Position numbers and translations under genes: made by a program
Notes under the pieces: generated by a model
Databases searched by the model: none
Told to the model about the DNA's origin: nothing
The model's input: only the letters and a program-made list of their open reading frames with translations
Source: Polymyxa betae A26-41
Taxonomy: Eukaryota > Protista > Endomyxa: Phytomyxea
Length of the DNA: 64,000 nucleotides
Direction: 5' to 3'
Assembly (NCBI GenBank): GCA_003693705.1
Contig: RBZT01000771.1
Coordinates: forward strand, 1 to 64,000
In this document: one piece after another, positions 25,401 to 39,322 of the stretch
Layout: each line of letters begins with the position of its first letter
Numbering within the stretch: the stretch's first letter is position 1

Positions 25401-26890
25401 CTACTCCCGTCATTGACCTCATCATTCGATTCATTACCGATATCGCAAGATGCGAACCAATCGTTATCCTAATTGACAATGCCCAGTTTTTGAATACGAG
25501 ATCTTGCACAGTTCTGCAAATGCTTCTGGAATCGAAACGCAAAGGTTTGCAAATGAGGACTGAGATCGCAATTAACTAACACATTATAGGGGTGTTGCTA
25601 GGGCTGGCCACTCGCTCAAATACGTCATTTGCAATCACTTGGATGGTACCAATAATGAGTACAATTCTCAACGATTATTCCGCCACTCGTGTTCGGCTGC
25701 GACGGCTTCCTGACGCTTTCATGCGAAGGCTGGTCGCCAACATTCTCGATATACCAGAAGTCCCCGAAAAGATTCTGTTGCCAATCCTGAGCAAATCTGA
25801 GGGCAACCCGATGATCTGCAGAGAACTGGTCTATTCCATTCAAAGGCTTGGCTATATTCGCATTTCAAATCGAATGCCAAGTGGCGAATTCGATTTGTAT
25901 ATGTCGGAAGAGTTTTTTTCATCGCCTGTTTTCCCGGTTCCATTCACACTCCAGAACACGCTTGGAGAACTGGTAAATGCTGGAACACCGTTTCTGCCAT
26001 GAAGATTCACCGTCCTCTCAGGTCGATTCTCTCTCTCATTGTCAAAGAATGATCTTGAAAGTTGCGAGCATACTGGGCAATACGTTCACTTATGAAATGA
26101 TCGCGGCTGGATACCCAATCGACGAACACCAACCGATTCTCTTCCGAGAACTGCAGGGCTTGCTACAAAGGAACGTTTTACGCCCGGCAGTTACCAACAA
26201 AGGGAATGAGAAGCGACATTCATTACCGGATTTTCAGAAAGCCATTATGTCGAAGTCCATTACGTTTTCCACAATGTTTCTGATGGAGTTCGTGCGCTCG
26301 CGGATCCTGAGCCGGCAAGTGAAGTACATCGCTGCCCGAATTACACGAATGCACATTCGCAACAAAGAAAGGCTGGTTTTGTATTCAGGGCCAATGTCGG
26401 TTTGCAAAGAGGCTGGGCGCCATAGAAGATTTCTAGGTAACACCTCTGCTTCATTATCTGTGGAAAGTATCCATTAGTTTTAGGAATATCCCGCTGGCGA
26501 TCTATGTGGGTTGAGGCGGATGCTGCAAAAATCAACATATTCAAGAAGGCTGGAGAGCTTATAGGAAATGACCTGACCGGCGTTGTAATCCCATGGGCTC
26601 AGATAGAGATCCGGCATGCTGAGTTGAAGTCGTGCTGCCCAAAAGACAAATTCCCTTACGTCATCTACATCAATTGCAGTTCGTGGCACGATCGTCGTGG
26701 ACAGGTACGCCCAGGGCCGTTCGGGATTTTTCTCGCCACAACTGTCGAGCAAGACATCAAGCAATGGCTTTCGTATTTGACACTGACATCTCGAATGAAA
26801 TTAGCCGATGCGTCACGCCCCCAATTGATTCGATCACAAACGGCCTTTAACGCGGTATTATTTACTCCCGTTGCTCTACCATCTGGCTGA
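22488..26890 (+). CDS. Soluble adenylyl cyclase (ADCY10-like): two class III cyclase domains, P-loop NTPase, C-terminal PH-like domain; multi-exon (start approximate)
   Basis: 'VLFADISGYTSMCE', 'GGDVFKFAGDA', 'VNKFLFDDKG', 'RREFSVLGDVVNISARL', Walker A 'GDLGTGKT', 'ILIDNAQF', 'SEGNPMIC'. Confidence 0.88.
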
Positions 26891-27217
26891 GATTGTTCTA
26901 GGATGCTGATGGAAGTAGCGATTCAGATACAGATCTCAAAGGTGATTCACCACTTTACACACTTAGAAAAATGCCAACGCAGCCGCGGGCGTCAACCATC
27001 ATGCCGGATAGCAGCCATTTGAGGATTCTATGGAATACGTTTAAACCTCAAATTGAGAGGAGACTTACAAAATGATGTATTTAGTAAATCTTCCACAAAA
27101 TTATAACAAACAACCTTCCGGTCTTCTTTTCGACAAAAAAAATTGGCCCTCAAAATGGTCGTACCAGTCACAAAAATCATGTGACTAAACCGATTTCTGA
27201 TTTCCATTTCGTGATCC

Positions 27218-30075
27218 ATGTACGGGCGCTCGAACATCGACGATGACGACAATTTATATGGCGGATTCGATCGTATCGGATCTTCGACTGTCTACGAAGA
27301 GTCTAAACATTATGGGAATAACATTGCTACCCGAATGGGCACCAGCTATGGCGAGGTACAACCACGAACAAACGGCGAACAGCAGTCGTAATGGTGTCAG
27401 GATGCTCGTCCAATGACGTCGATTCGCGGCGCCGGATATCGAAGCAATGCCTCTGGGCAGTTTGATCCTTTGGCCCAGAGCAAAACAACGATGACGGCGT
27501 TGAAGCGTAAAATTGAGAATGGCCCCGAATTCACAGCCAAAGAGCTAGAGAGGGAGGTCAATCAACTCATTGTAATGTTACACAGAGGCTGCTCATTGTT
27601 CTACTAAGAGTGTTCTGCAAAGGTGGATAGTGCCATTGCCAAATCGAAATCGAGCTTGGTGGTGGCGTTAGATCGAGCCAAGGATGCTGTCAAGAAGGAG
27701 AGGTTTCTCGCCAAGCACTGCGAAACGAACGGTCTCACCGAGATGATCAATGTTGACTTGCAGTTCGCCGTCCAGTTCAACCTTGCTGATAAGTATGCGG
27801 CCAATTCGATGCTTACCGAGGCATTGAATATTTACAATTTGATCGTAAAAAACAAGCAGTTTGCCAATGCAGGTTCCTGCTGCCTTTGATGTCATCGTGC
27901 CGCAGTCTGAGTTAGTTGCAGGACGGCTGCGGGTGAATATGGGAAACATCTATTTTCAACAGAAAAAGTATTCGGCAGCGATCAAGATGTATAGAATGGC
28001 GATGGATCTCGTAGGGAACGCCAGCAAGGATACTCGATTCCGAATAATGAGGAATATCGGCAATGCATTCATTCGTCTTGGAGAATATCCCGATGCCATC
28101 CATGCATTTGAGTCAGTAATGGAAGGCAGCCCTGAATCACAAACAGGTCCATAAAAATTGTAGATGTGAAAAGTCTTTTAAGCTTGCTCTTAGGATTTAA
28201 TCTGATTGTTTGTTATTTCGCATTGGGCGATAAAGATAAAATGAAGAAGGGCTTCCTGCAGCTGCTGTCAGTTCCAGTTGAAGGCGATTCTGATCATCAT
28301 TTTTCAGAACCCTCCATCCCAGATCCATTATCGAGGTATTATACGAAGCGCCAAGCCGAACATTGCAGATTCGTTTTATGTGCCGCTAAACTAATCGCTC
28401 CGGTTATTGAAGACGATTTCGACAAAGGATATCAATGGCTGATTTCCAGTTTAAGGGCACCACGTCCTGAGGTGTCGTCCAGCAACCCAGATCGTAATCA
28501 TTCGCCTTACGCTCGCGCATTCTGTCTTACTGTTGTTGTTTAGCAAGACGGACAGGATACGACCGTTTAGCGATGGAGCTAGATTTGTGCAATGGTATCG
28601 CTTTCCTAAAGCGCAGCGATTTTGAGAAGGCTTCAAATGTGTTTCGTGCTGTTGAGAGACAGGAGCTCGACCTTCATGATAGAGCCGCTTGCAACTTAAG
28701 CTTCTTGTACTTTCTGGAAGGCGATTATGAGCAGTCAAAAAAGTATGCTGATCTGGCAATTCAAGATAATCGGTATCCACGCCATCGCAACCTGTGAGTA
28801 GAGGAACTGAGAACTTTTCAGCTATAATGCTCATGCATTGGTTAATCGCGCGAATATCTATTTTATGGAGCGTGATTATAGAAGCGCTACCGAGATGTAT
28901 CTGGAGGCGATTGGTATCGAGGCTGATTGTATTCAGGCTGTCTACAACCTAGCCTTAGTATACAAACAAAGTCAGTTGGCCGCCCCAGCCTGGTCTATAT
29001 GATAATGCTTTCCCATTAGCTGGGCGTCTTGAAGATTCTTTAGCTGCCTTTCGGAAACTGCATTCATTGAATTCAAAAAACTCGGAAATTGTCTATGAAA
29101 TCGCTGATTTATATGACGAGCTAAACCTCCCCGTTGTATACACTCCATAGAAATTTTATTCTGACTAAATAATGCATAGGAAGCAAGCGAATGGTTCAAA
29201 ATTCTACTTGGTTTGGTCCCTAACGATGGAAACGCACTGGCTCGATTAGGGAGAATTGCCTCCAAGCTTGACGATCAAACACAGGCCTTCCATTGCTTCA
29301 GTGAGGTATCATGATCTTTTCAGAATAGTGTCGATACACCTTGTTTTCTTGTCCATGGCGCGGCAAATCCTGAACATTGCTGTGATAGGCTTATCAATGT
29401 AATCCGATCAATATGGAAGTGATATCGTGGCTTGGTGTCTGGTACGTGAAATCGGAACTTTACGAAAATGCGGTCACATTCTTTGAGCGGGCTGCCGATA
29501 TCGAACCAAATGAAATCAAATGGAAGGTCGGAGCTTCTCATTAATCAAATGGATTTTGTTCGATGACTGGAACCAGCTAATGGTGGCGACCTGTTACCGA
29601 CGGATGGGTCTAATCGACAAAGCGTTCCGGTTATATCAAAAGATCCACAGCCTGGAACCAGAAAGTATCGAGTGCTTAAAGTCAGGAATTGATATCGCTA
29701 AGCCTCAATGCATTAACGCCGATTCTCAGGTATTTAGTATCAATCTGCAGTGACCTCAGGCAAGAAGCCCTCGCTGAGGAATTTGCAAACAAATTGGCTC
29801 GTTTGACAAGTCGCGATGCTGGGCCAGTGTTGAAATCAGAGCATTCGACTACGCCAACGGCTACAACCCCTAATCTGCAATCTAATGACGCTTCTGCTAC
29901 AGGTGACCTTTGCTTTAAACTGTTGTGAGGCTCTTCTGACGGAAATGAAATAGTTTCGTATCATACAGAGTCCAATCCAGATGGAGAGAGAAGCATGGAG
30001 GTACCAGTAAATGTACAGAGAGATGACATTCATTTCGATGATGTTGAGCTCGACGATGAACTGCTTCCAATGTGA
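27218..30075 (+). CDS. IFT88: Intraflagellar transport protein 88 (TPR), multi-exon
   Basis: 'ARPMTSIRGAGY', 'FAVQFNLA', 'AGRLRVNMGNIYFQQKKYSAAIKMYRMAMD', 'NMEVISWLG', acidic end 'FDDVELDDELLPM*'. Confidence 0.93.
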
Positions 30076-30202
30076 TCCATCTAATATATCATAGCCACCC
30101 CATCTTGGAAAGAGCTCTTTTTGGGTTGAATCTCTGCAATCGAAATATCTGATAAGCAAGATAGAAACTACATCAGCCGTATTATCGTTAAACTGATGTT
30201 GT

Positions 30203-33200
30203 TTATGTGAATTCCATTTCTTTGAAGAATCTGTCCATGTCTTTCATCGAATGGAGATTCATATTCGGATTATCTCTGGGTTCATCGTCATCGTCGTCAC
30301 CGCATATCACTTCGAATAACTTGACCGATGGTTTCTTGCTCTGGAATGCGTAATCGATAACGAGATCAGGCTTCAGCTCTTTCAGCTTCGTCTCGAACAA
30401 TGCGGCCATGGATTCAGCCCTGACACATCTCTGCCCGACCTTGAACAGATTCCTCTCCAGCGTCGAATTCTGCTGTTTGCAGACCTCTAACTGAGCCTCG
30501 AGCTGATGGCACAAATCCCGAGCTTCAGCTTGCTTGCTGGAGAGCATCTCGGTTTGTTGCTGTAGCCGAGCCACCTCGAGCGCCTTTGTCTGCACCTCAA
30601 CATGCGATCGATTCAAATCAGTCCTGATCTGCGACCGGGGTTTAGAGGTTCGAACGGCAAGGGTTTACGATTTCTACCTGTCTCAAAACTTGGCTTTCAG
30701 CTTGTAGTTGTTCGAGGGCTTTCTTTCCGGTCGGCTCGCGTGCCGACCGCTTGGTCGCTACCGAGGGTAGAAATGTATCTTGATGTCGTCGCTGCAATTC
30801 TACAGTCGATTATCAGCCGCTCGCAAAATCAAACAATAGGACGACCCTGGAATTGCTGAGCCCAGCCCTGAAATCGTTTATCGCTCGTATGGCGATCGCG
30901 CTTCAGACCAACAATCTGGTTTTGCAGATCTTGAATCACGCGCAGCCGCTGGTCAAGCTGATCCCGGGTCGTCGTCAGCTGCAGCTGCACGGTCTTTATT
31001 GCTGTCTCCGCCCTGGCTCTATCCTGAATGGCTCTCGCTAAATCTTGCGCTTGCCGGGCTCTATCAGCTCGTAGCTTCGCCAACTATGAGCAATCATCAG
31101 TGGGAGCGGCCTTCATGTCATTTGTACAATTCAAGTTTTCAGTTGACTGTGAGTCGGAACGGACTGTTCATACTACAACCTACCTCTTGCTTGTACATTT
31201 CGATTGTCGATTGGCATTCGGCGACGACCGTCTGATTCTTGAACTCGGTCTCAGTTAGAGCCTTCTCTTGGGCCAGTTTCTGCATCTGTTCGGAATACAG
31301 TCTCGATGCCTGGGCTTTCGATTGGGCTCGGCTCTGGTCTAGGTCGAAGATCAGCTCTTGCTCCTTCTGCCCGAGCGTCTTTATTTCCGCTTCCAGCCTT
31401 TTTGCCTAGAATCAGCTATTAAAATCGCGATAATCACTTAAAAGTCCATCATAGATTAGCAGACCTTGAACGTCGTCACGCTCGCAAAAGCATCCGAGAA
31501 TTTTCGCTGGGCGTCGATTGTATTGTTGCGTCGATCGGCTTTGACGATCTTCTTCTGCAGATCGATATAGGCGGTTCTCATGACCGATAGCTCCTGCCTG
31601 GTCTTATCTAAGGTCGTGTGCACTTCCGTCAGCTGCCGACTCCATTTCCTCTCGGCTTCAGCTGGCGCATCCAACAGTTCGGCGACCTTCTGCTCTGCTC
31701 GGAACGCTCGCGATTCCATCTAAACCGAATCCATAACAACCCCTAAAACCATCATGCTGTTCGCCTACCATTGAAAGATCAGCTTGCAAATGTGAGGTGT
31801 GATTCTCAGCCTTCTCCCACCGCCTATTCGGAAGCTAAATAGATTAAACACGACCTGGGCGCCGCCATACTGTCTCGCCATCTGGGCGGCAATCTCGATC
31901 TGTCGATTCTGTTCCTGAAGTCGTGTGATCTCGACCTGGAGCGTTGCGATAACCTGTTCGGATTGCGCCTGCGCCGATTGCATGGCGATCGTTAGGCGTT
32001 GGTTGGCAGTTGTCTCATTGGCGATGACCGCTTCGGCATCGCTCAGACGCTGCCCCAACATTGTCAAGGAATGCTCCTCCTTATCTTTCAGGTCTCGAAT
32101 TTGTCCTTTAAGCATGGCGACGACCGCCTTCTCTTCAGCCAGTTGATGCTGAACTTTATCCACTTTATCCTTCAGCTCCGCTTCCTTCTTCTCTCTATCG
32201 TTGTGTCAGTCTCGTTAGCAATAGCAGACGGCGATGATTACGCTTGTTTAAGGCCAGCTAGAACCTGATGATAGGCCAAGCCGGCGCTCTCCAAGCTTTT
32301 CTGGGTTGTCGCTTCAGCTCGACGGCTCTCATTCAGATCAGCTTTCAAAATGTCGTTCGATTCCAGAGCCCGGAAATACTGCTGCTGGAGCGTGCTGTGC
32401 TGCCCCAGGAGCTTGTCATTATCGGCTTCGGCACGAGCCGACAAGATTTCCAGCGTTTTCAGCTGTTTCCTTTGAAGGGATTAGGATTCCGGCCGGCGAC
32501 CGACGAAACAACCCGACCTGGTCTGGGCGATCTCGGCTGCATTGCGTTTAAGAACCTGGTCACGTTCGTCCATGGCGTCTACAGACTCTTCCCATCGAGC
32601 GATCAGCAGCTCGTTCGATTTCGAGAGCAGCTCCATCTCTGCATTTTGTGTCATGAAACATAATTGCATCGATGACGCCATGACCTTTGACTGTGGCGGC
32701 AACCGTCGCCTGGGCGAGTTTCGTCTGGTCCTTCTGGGCGTTGGCTTCACAGCTGATATCGCGCACTGATCCCATCGCCTTCTCAAACCGTATCTGCCAC
32801 TGATGTAAAGCTCGCTGGATTTGGCGTTTATCTTCTGCAAGGTGGGCGACTTCTGCTTTTAGGCTCTGTTCGTAGACGTGATGCATCCTATCGATAATGA
32901 ACGCCATAAAAATCACAGAAGGCTGCACTACTTGAGGTCTTCAGCGGCGACATTTTGCAGTTCTCGTAGCTTGGCGTTCTCGCCGATTTCCTTTTCCAGG
33001 TTTCCTTTCAGTCTTTGAATTTCAGCTGCATTTACCTATCCGGATTCAGAGACGCTTTGCATACTGACACCATACCGAGTTCAGTTCTCTAAGATCTGAT
33101 AGTTCTGAACTAGTTCTCACAACCTGATACTCGAGGTCCTTCTTTACAGATTGAACTGAATTTAAATCCTTTTGCCTACATCGACTCTTCATTTCAGATA

Positions 33201-33559
33201 CCATTCAGTCAAAATTTTATACGTTTTCTCTATTGTTTTACGAAGGCCCGGAATTTGCCGTTTAACCTCGCCAAGAGCAAGTGCAAGATCTTCGCGAGCC
33301 TTCTGCTGTAGACCCAGTTCGTGGTCGCGCTTATCTGCTTGAAATTAGGTATAAAAAAGTTCTGTAAACAACAAGCAGGACCAATTTCATCGTATAATTT
33401 GTGCAGCTGGTCGTCAAAATGTGTCAAGATGCTAACTTGGAAATTCGTATTAAACGTCAGCAGAGCATCTTGTTCCGAGTGCTCATTAGGCAACACTCCA
33501 GGCGGAAGCTTGTTATTTGCAGAGAATGGCTTATCATCAACAAAGGACCCATCGGCCAT
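30203..33559 (-). CDS. Large coiled-coil protein, multi-exon, unknown family
   Basis: Series of heptad-rich exons separated by ~45-60 nt GT-AG introns. Confidence 0.7.
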
Positions 33560-33653
33560 GGGGCAAGCAGATTCAAGATATCATGGGCGTACATCAATCC
33601 AGATACCAAATCGTGGTCTCATTAACAATGCATACTGTATTAACTTTAAACTT

Positions 33654-35972
33654 CTAATCATCGAGGTTGATTTCAATATCAGCAGCAGCTGAATGAGCCG
33701 ACATCATATCTTCCAGAAACTGGGATGGCGTTAATGTTGATTGCGATCCAACAATGAGCTCTGCGCCACTATTATGGGCGACGTCGTATGCTGCTCGCAT
33801 CTCTGAGAACGTCATACCACCAGCCATGAAAACAATGTGCTTTTGAGCAGAACCTAAATCAGACTTAGCGTTGCAAAATGAAAGGTGGATTCAAGCCTGA
33901 ACCATTCGAAGAATCGGCGCCATCGAAATGGCTGTCACCTCCTCGGTTTCGCCACTTGTTCACTCGAGGGGCACTGGCCGGTTTCGACCTGGCGGATCTC
34001 GCTGATGCTGATGATCCTCCTCTCGCATTCTGCTCAGATTCGGGAGGCTGACAACATTATGTCAAAAGATATCTTTGAGTTTTGAAAACCATGACCTCTT
34101 TGATATACGGATAAGAAGTTTTATCCAACGACCCGTTCACAAGGCCATCCATTAAATCATAAACTGGTGGTATAAATCGCAACAAAGATAGCTGTGACGC
34201 TTTAGCAATTTCTGCATTCTTCTTGATAGTCGCTGAACTGATTTAATTTTAGAAAGGGGAATCTGACAATCAACATCAGCTCACGAAAGAACGTTGGAGT
34301 TTTTTCTGTTGGTTTGCAGTTTGACGCCCAAATGGAACAAATTCTGTATAGCATCCACATGTCTATCATTAAGCTTGGCGATACTGAATAACTTTTTCCT
34401 TGTCTGCTCCTTGATACCATCCTAGAGAGAAAAATCAGACAATATTTCGCAATCAATTGAATGCAACCTGAGCAATGATGTAGATCATGATTAAGCGTAA
34501 TTTGTCAGTGGGAGAGATCATCTCATCTTCCATGATCGATACTAACGAAGTCATAAGATCAGTTTTATTCGTCTTTTTTCCCTCTTCAGTGACTCCGGTC
34601 ACCATATCCTGCTCAATCTCTCCTAAATAACAAGTAAGGATACTTTATAAGCAAAAAATGAAAAACGCGTTACCTAGCTTTTTTAGTCCCATCTTGTCGA
34701 AATGATCGAATACGTTTTCCAATATGGACATATGCTTAGTAAATCTCTGCATTTCCGACCTGAAAGAGCCAGCGTGTTTTGCAGCCTTCACCAAATCCTG
34801 TAGCAATCGAATGTCAAAAACAAAAGCTCAATTCTCACAAGATAAGCACCTTTAACGACGCATCGTCGCCCAGATTGGCAACTGCATTCTTTTCTCGAAA
34901 ATCAGTGAATAACTGATTTACTGTAGGCAAAGCTTCACCAATATGTTTATGTCTCAAATCTTTCCAAAGGCTATCATCTTCACTTAATACAAACTGATCG
35001 GAATCCACTTTCTTCTTATCGTCTTGCTGTTTTCCGATCGATTTTAGACGACAAATATCGCCATTAACTGCCAGTATGTCGTTGATCATCGCCTAATCTA
35101 TCTTCAAAAGTCCGATTACATAAAGTCAATAAAATCGAAACCTGATAAGTGTACTCGTGCATCAATGGGGCGACACAATCAATGGAACGGTCCAAAATCA
35201 GTATAGTTCCACGATTGGGGTTGAACTTCCAGTTCTTTAAATTTCTCAGCGCATTCTCCAGAGACTTTTCAAGCAACCTGGCGATCTCGGATGTGACCGG
35301 ATTCGCCGCCACATAACGAATATAGGGATATTCATTTATCGTCACACCTGACACGCCAATTGTTAGATAAATGCGATCAAATCCATGACAACCCCATACA
35401 CAATGAGCATAATTGGTCAGCCGTTCTGCGAAGCTCTTCGCTTCTGACAGCAGCCGGAATTGATCGAAAATACAATGATGGGATAGTCCCGGGCCGGCTG
35501 AACGAAAACACCTTGGTCTCAATCGAAAGAAAATCCACATTCAATTCTTTAAACGCCTTCATTCGACTGACGACCGCCGATCCTAAAAAGGATTAACTCC
35601 AAAACGCTTTGCTTTAAAAAGACAACCTTGAAGCATAGAAACGAGATCATTGGGGACTGGCGACGTCGTATATAGATAGACGTAGCCATATTTTGGCGTT
35701 TTCTTGAAATCGTCGAGAAACAGCTTCCAATTCTCCGCCGTCGGCTGCAGAAAATACATAACAGGAGTCGTCGGCAGCGACTCTCGAGGGAACCGAATGT
35801 TAACGATGGCGCCGACACCAGCATCGTTTATGGAGTGGACTCGCATGGCCGATGACAGCACCTTGGTCGTATAGTCATCGCAGACACAGACCAGATAGTC
35901 GGAAGGGCGCTCGCGGCTCTCCTGGATGACGGCTAGGAGCCGCCCAGCCAGCACCGTCTTCAGGTCGGTCAT
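33654..35972 (-). CDS. SEC1: Sec1/Munc18 (SM) family protein, multi-exon
   Basis: 'RESLPTTPVMYFLQPTAEN', 'ILILDRSIDCVAPLMHEYTYQ', 'EDDSLWKDLRHKHIGE', 'IVFMAGGMTFSEMRAAY'. Confidence 0.9.
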
Positions 35973-36203
35973 CGCCAAGCCGACCTTATAAGACAAAGAT
36001 GACTAGCAGAATGATGTAACAAATGAAAAATTCAGATAGAGCCTACTGAGACGGAAAATGTGCCCTGCTGTGTGGTATCAGACCGAAGAACGGCGCAAAT
36101 ACCCGAAATTCTTCAAGCTGCTCTGAATCTATTGGCTGAGAGCGAAAAGATTTCATAAAATGGCTATTGACGAGAAATCAAGAATTTCACGTAAAAACGA
36201 CAG

Positions 36204-37220
36204 TTAATAGATAGGTTTATCAGCAGTTTTTGGGCTGGATGTGGTATAATAGGCGGAATAGGAGCGGATCCGTTCGATTAGCGGCTTCAAATTGATGCTT
36301 GTTGAATAATAGTTGAAAATCAGTTTTCTGGTGATATCGGCCACTTCGCACACGTAAACGGCTATAAAAGTTTCCAATCAGTCCAACCAATTTCCATAGT
36401 TTTATCTTTCATACCGAACAGAAAGTGCTGGCTTTGCGTGAACAGATCAGGGCATTCTGACATCTGACAAAGGCCCATCAGCGACCATTTCTAGAAGCTG
36501 AGCGTATTAGCTTACACAATCGTCAGTCTGCACACGATAGGTTGAAACTATAGCAATTAAGACTGATGCAATGGCTGCTGAAACCCTCAGGAATGAGGTG
36601 AAGCTTTGACACAAAGTCCATGCCAGGGCATGCCATTTAGCTAGATCGGATAAGCGCTTGGCGTTCGGTACGTCATGGTAGCTGGATATAGCAGCCACGA
36701 TTTGGAGAAATCGCTCATATGAAAAACTGATATTGATACATTGCAGGATGGCTCGCAGACCATACAAACCAGTTAACGCCTGGATTAAGATTTTCACTGG
36801 TGTTCTGCAACCACATTCGTTGTATTGAACGAATACGCCAACGACGGTCAAAAACAGCAAACAGAACCCAATCAAAAGCCGCATAAAAATATCTGCTTCG
36901 TAGAATCGCCCGATTGAAGAAGGCGTCATTCGATCCGCTAGAAAGGCCAGAGACCTGGAGTCGTTATGATTGGCTTTAGACAGCAACGGTTTTACTTCTT
37001 CCGAATTCAACTCGAGTTTGTTAAGCCCCAACTGTAACAACGCTGCCAGTATTGATATGGCCAATGGGCTGACAATTGTCACCCAAGATGTTGTAGCTAA
37101 CAGCCCAGTCGTATCCAGTTTGAGAATCAGGAGGACAATGAAGATGTTCAGGGCCAGAATCGAGATAAACGTGGCTAGGCCTTGGCCGAACCTCAGCAGG
37201 CGAATAGCAAGCAGTGACAT
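36204..37220 (-). CDS. Multi-pass membrane protein (weak TMEM185/TMEM60-like N-terminus), 3 exons
   Basis: Several hydrophobic helices; 'LKLD...WVTIVSPL'; two short introns give an open frame to TAA at 36204. Confidence 0.6.
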
Positions 37221-37744
37221 GGCTGTAGGCTAACGGCTACAAGACCATGCTGACAAGGAATGACTGTCTAGAGAGTGAGATCGAACGGTACGCGAGCAGG
37301 GAGGGGACCCCTTGGCCCTTCCGCTTCACAGTTTATACGTACAGCTTGCTTGTTGTTAGAATGTAGAGACTAGAATGTAGAGACTAGAGTGGCGGTTGGA
37401 TCCATCATGGCCAGCGGCTGTCTCTGATACTGAACATCATCCCTGTCTTTGACATTTCAAGTGGTTTGAGGTTCAATGCAGCGCTATAGCCAGCGTCCTC
37501 GGTTCGATGCTTTAGTCTGCTCGGTATTTTTGTACAAGCAATAATCAGCTGTTCTTCGGTGTTCGAGTCCATTAACTGCAGCAGTACGAAGTTAAATGAC
37601 GAAATGGGATCGACGTGTGGACAGTTCTGCAATGTCGTCTGTAGATCTCAGAGGTGTACGTTGTACCAGTGCTCGATCACAGTCCTAAGACCCTTCCTTG
37701 AATTGCTTTGCATTAGCCGACTTGTCAAAACTTTATGTGTTCGG

Positions 37745-39322
37745 ATGGGATCAGAAACAATATTCTGGATTCTTATAGCTATCAGTCACATTCCAATTGT
37801 TTCCATACCCATCCTATTCTTTCAGCTTCGTAATCGAGAATTGCCTGCATTCATTTCGCCGCTTCTTTTAGCACTCAATTCTGCTGCCCTAGTTGTTACG
37901 GTGTATTCCGAAATTGCTCGAGCATTATGGGTCGATTACATTGGGTTGTGGTACGACCTCTTGGCGATTAGAATTCTGCTGATGTTCGTATTGCAATCTT
38001 TATTCCTCATAATAGTATGGCTTTATACTGGGTTCTTAAAGACCCGGGCTCAAGTCAAAATGATGCAAACGCCGTCAGGTACAACTAAATCCATGGGAAG
38101 TTCGATTAACACCTGGAATTTCTTTCTCAGCCAAAAATTCGCAGTTCTGTGGTCATTGTTGATGATGTCTTTCTGTAGCATCATCACTCTACTTTCAGTG
38201 AATTCGTCAAGGTTTGGCCTCAGTCTCATGAATACTGCAATTTCAAGCTCTGAAAACAGCACTTATTATAATTCTGTACCAGCTTGGGGATATGCTGCAA
38301 TGTCCCCTTGTATATTCCCGCTAGTGGGGATCTTTGCTGTTCATGCTAAGTTGTGGAATGTCGAAGACACCTTCAGGATTAAGCAAGTATTACGTATATA
38401 CATGGTTGAGATCACGATGGGAATACTCTTGCATCCCGTATCACTCCGTCTTGGGGGTTCCAACTTTAATCACGGTATCCCATCTGTGGTCCTGATTCTC
38501 GTGTGCGACGTTGTTCTCGGTACGGTCATGATTCGATTACTTTACGACATCACACAGGCTAAACATGGACCGTGGAAATTATTTCGAAAACTTTTCTTGC
38601 GAAAAGCGGATTACCAATCGACGACTGGCCTCTCAAAAACTGAGGAGCATTTCGCACACTTCGAGGATTTTCTCAAGACCGACGCCGGGTTTGCAGATTT
38701 TCGAAAACACCTAGAAACCGAGTTTGCCGTGGAGAATCTGCTCTTCTGGAAGGAGGCTCAAGATTTCAAAAAACGTGCTGAAGCTGAAGGTCGAATTACT
38801 CCAGAAATCAGCAAAGATGCTTGTGCTATATATTCCAAATACTTATCATCCTCAGCTCCCCTTGAGCTGAATCTACCATTCGACCTATTGAAGCGTTACC
38901 GAACCGATCTGTTCAGAAAGAATAAGCAAGGCCAGGAGTCGGAAAAGATTTGCGAAACGATATTCGACGAAGCCGCTCACCAAACTCTTCGATTGATGCA
39001 ATACAGCTCAATGGATCGATATCTGAGAACACAGCCTAAATCTTGGAAAGCATATTTGGATGGTCTTAACGAACCAAGATTATCAGGTTCGCTCACAATT
39101 AAAATGAGACTTCCCGGTTGGACGTCGCATTCAAAAGCCGAAAAGGGCGACGATGGAACTGTGACACCAAAACGCTTTCGTTCATTGCATCGAAGCGGCA
39201 GCGTACTATTTAAAATATCGGATTTTAAGGCAGATGATGCAGGATCAGCAACTCCAATGGGGCAATCCACTATGAGGCCACAAGCAACCCAAGAAGCGCC
39301 TGGAGAGGCTGGCCAGATATGA
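37745..39322 (+). CDS. 7TM-RGS protein (multi-pass N-terminus plus RGS domain), intronless, paralogue 1
   Basis: ~7 hydrophobic segments then 'FEDFLKTDAGFADFRKHLETEFAVENLLFWKEA...IYSKYLSSSAPLELNL...IFDEAAHQTLRLM'. Confidence 0.88.
   Translation: MGSETIFWILIAISHIPIVSIPILFFQLRNRELPAFISPLLLALNSAALVVTVYSEIARALWVDYIGLWYDLLAIRILLMFVLQSLFLIIVWLYTGFLKTRAQVKMMQTPSGTTKSMGSSINTWNFFLSQKFAVLWSLLMMSFCSIITLLSVNSSRFGLSLMNTAISSSENSTYYNSVPAWGYAAMSPCIFPLVGIFAVHAKLWNVEDTFRIKQVLRIYMVEITMGILLHPVSLRLGGSNFNHGIPSVVLILVCDVVLGTVMIRLLYDITQAKHGPWKLFRKLFLRKADYQSTTGLSKTEEHFAHFEDFLKTDAGFADFRKHLETEFAVENLLFWKEAQDFKKRAEAEGRITPEISKDACAIYSKYLSSSAPLELNLPFDLLKRYRTDLFRKNKQGQESEKICETIFDEAAHQTLRLMQYSSMDRYLRTQPKSWKAYLDGLNEPRLSGSLTIKMRLPGWTSHSKAEKGDDGTVTPKRFRSLHRSGSVLFKISDFKADDAGSATPMGQSTMRPQATQEAPGEAGQI

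Noticed and set aside
37559-37744. 62-aa N-terminal extension of 7TM-RGS paralogue 1 in the ORF track
   Set aside because: Begins at a non-ATG codon; alignment with paralogue 2 (TIFW motif) supports the ATG at 37745
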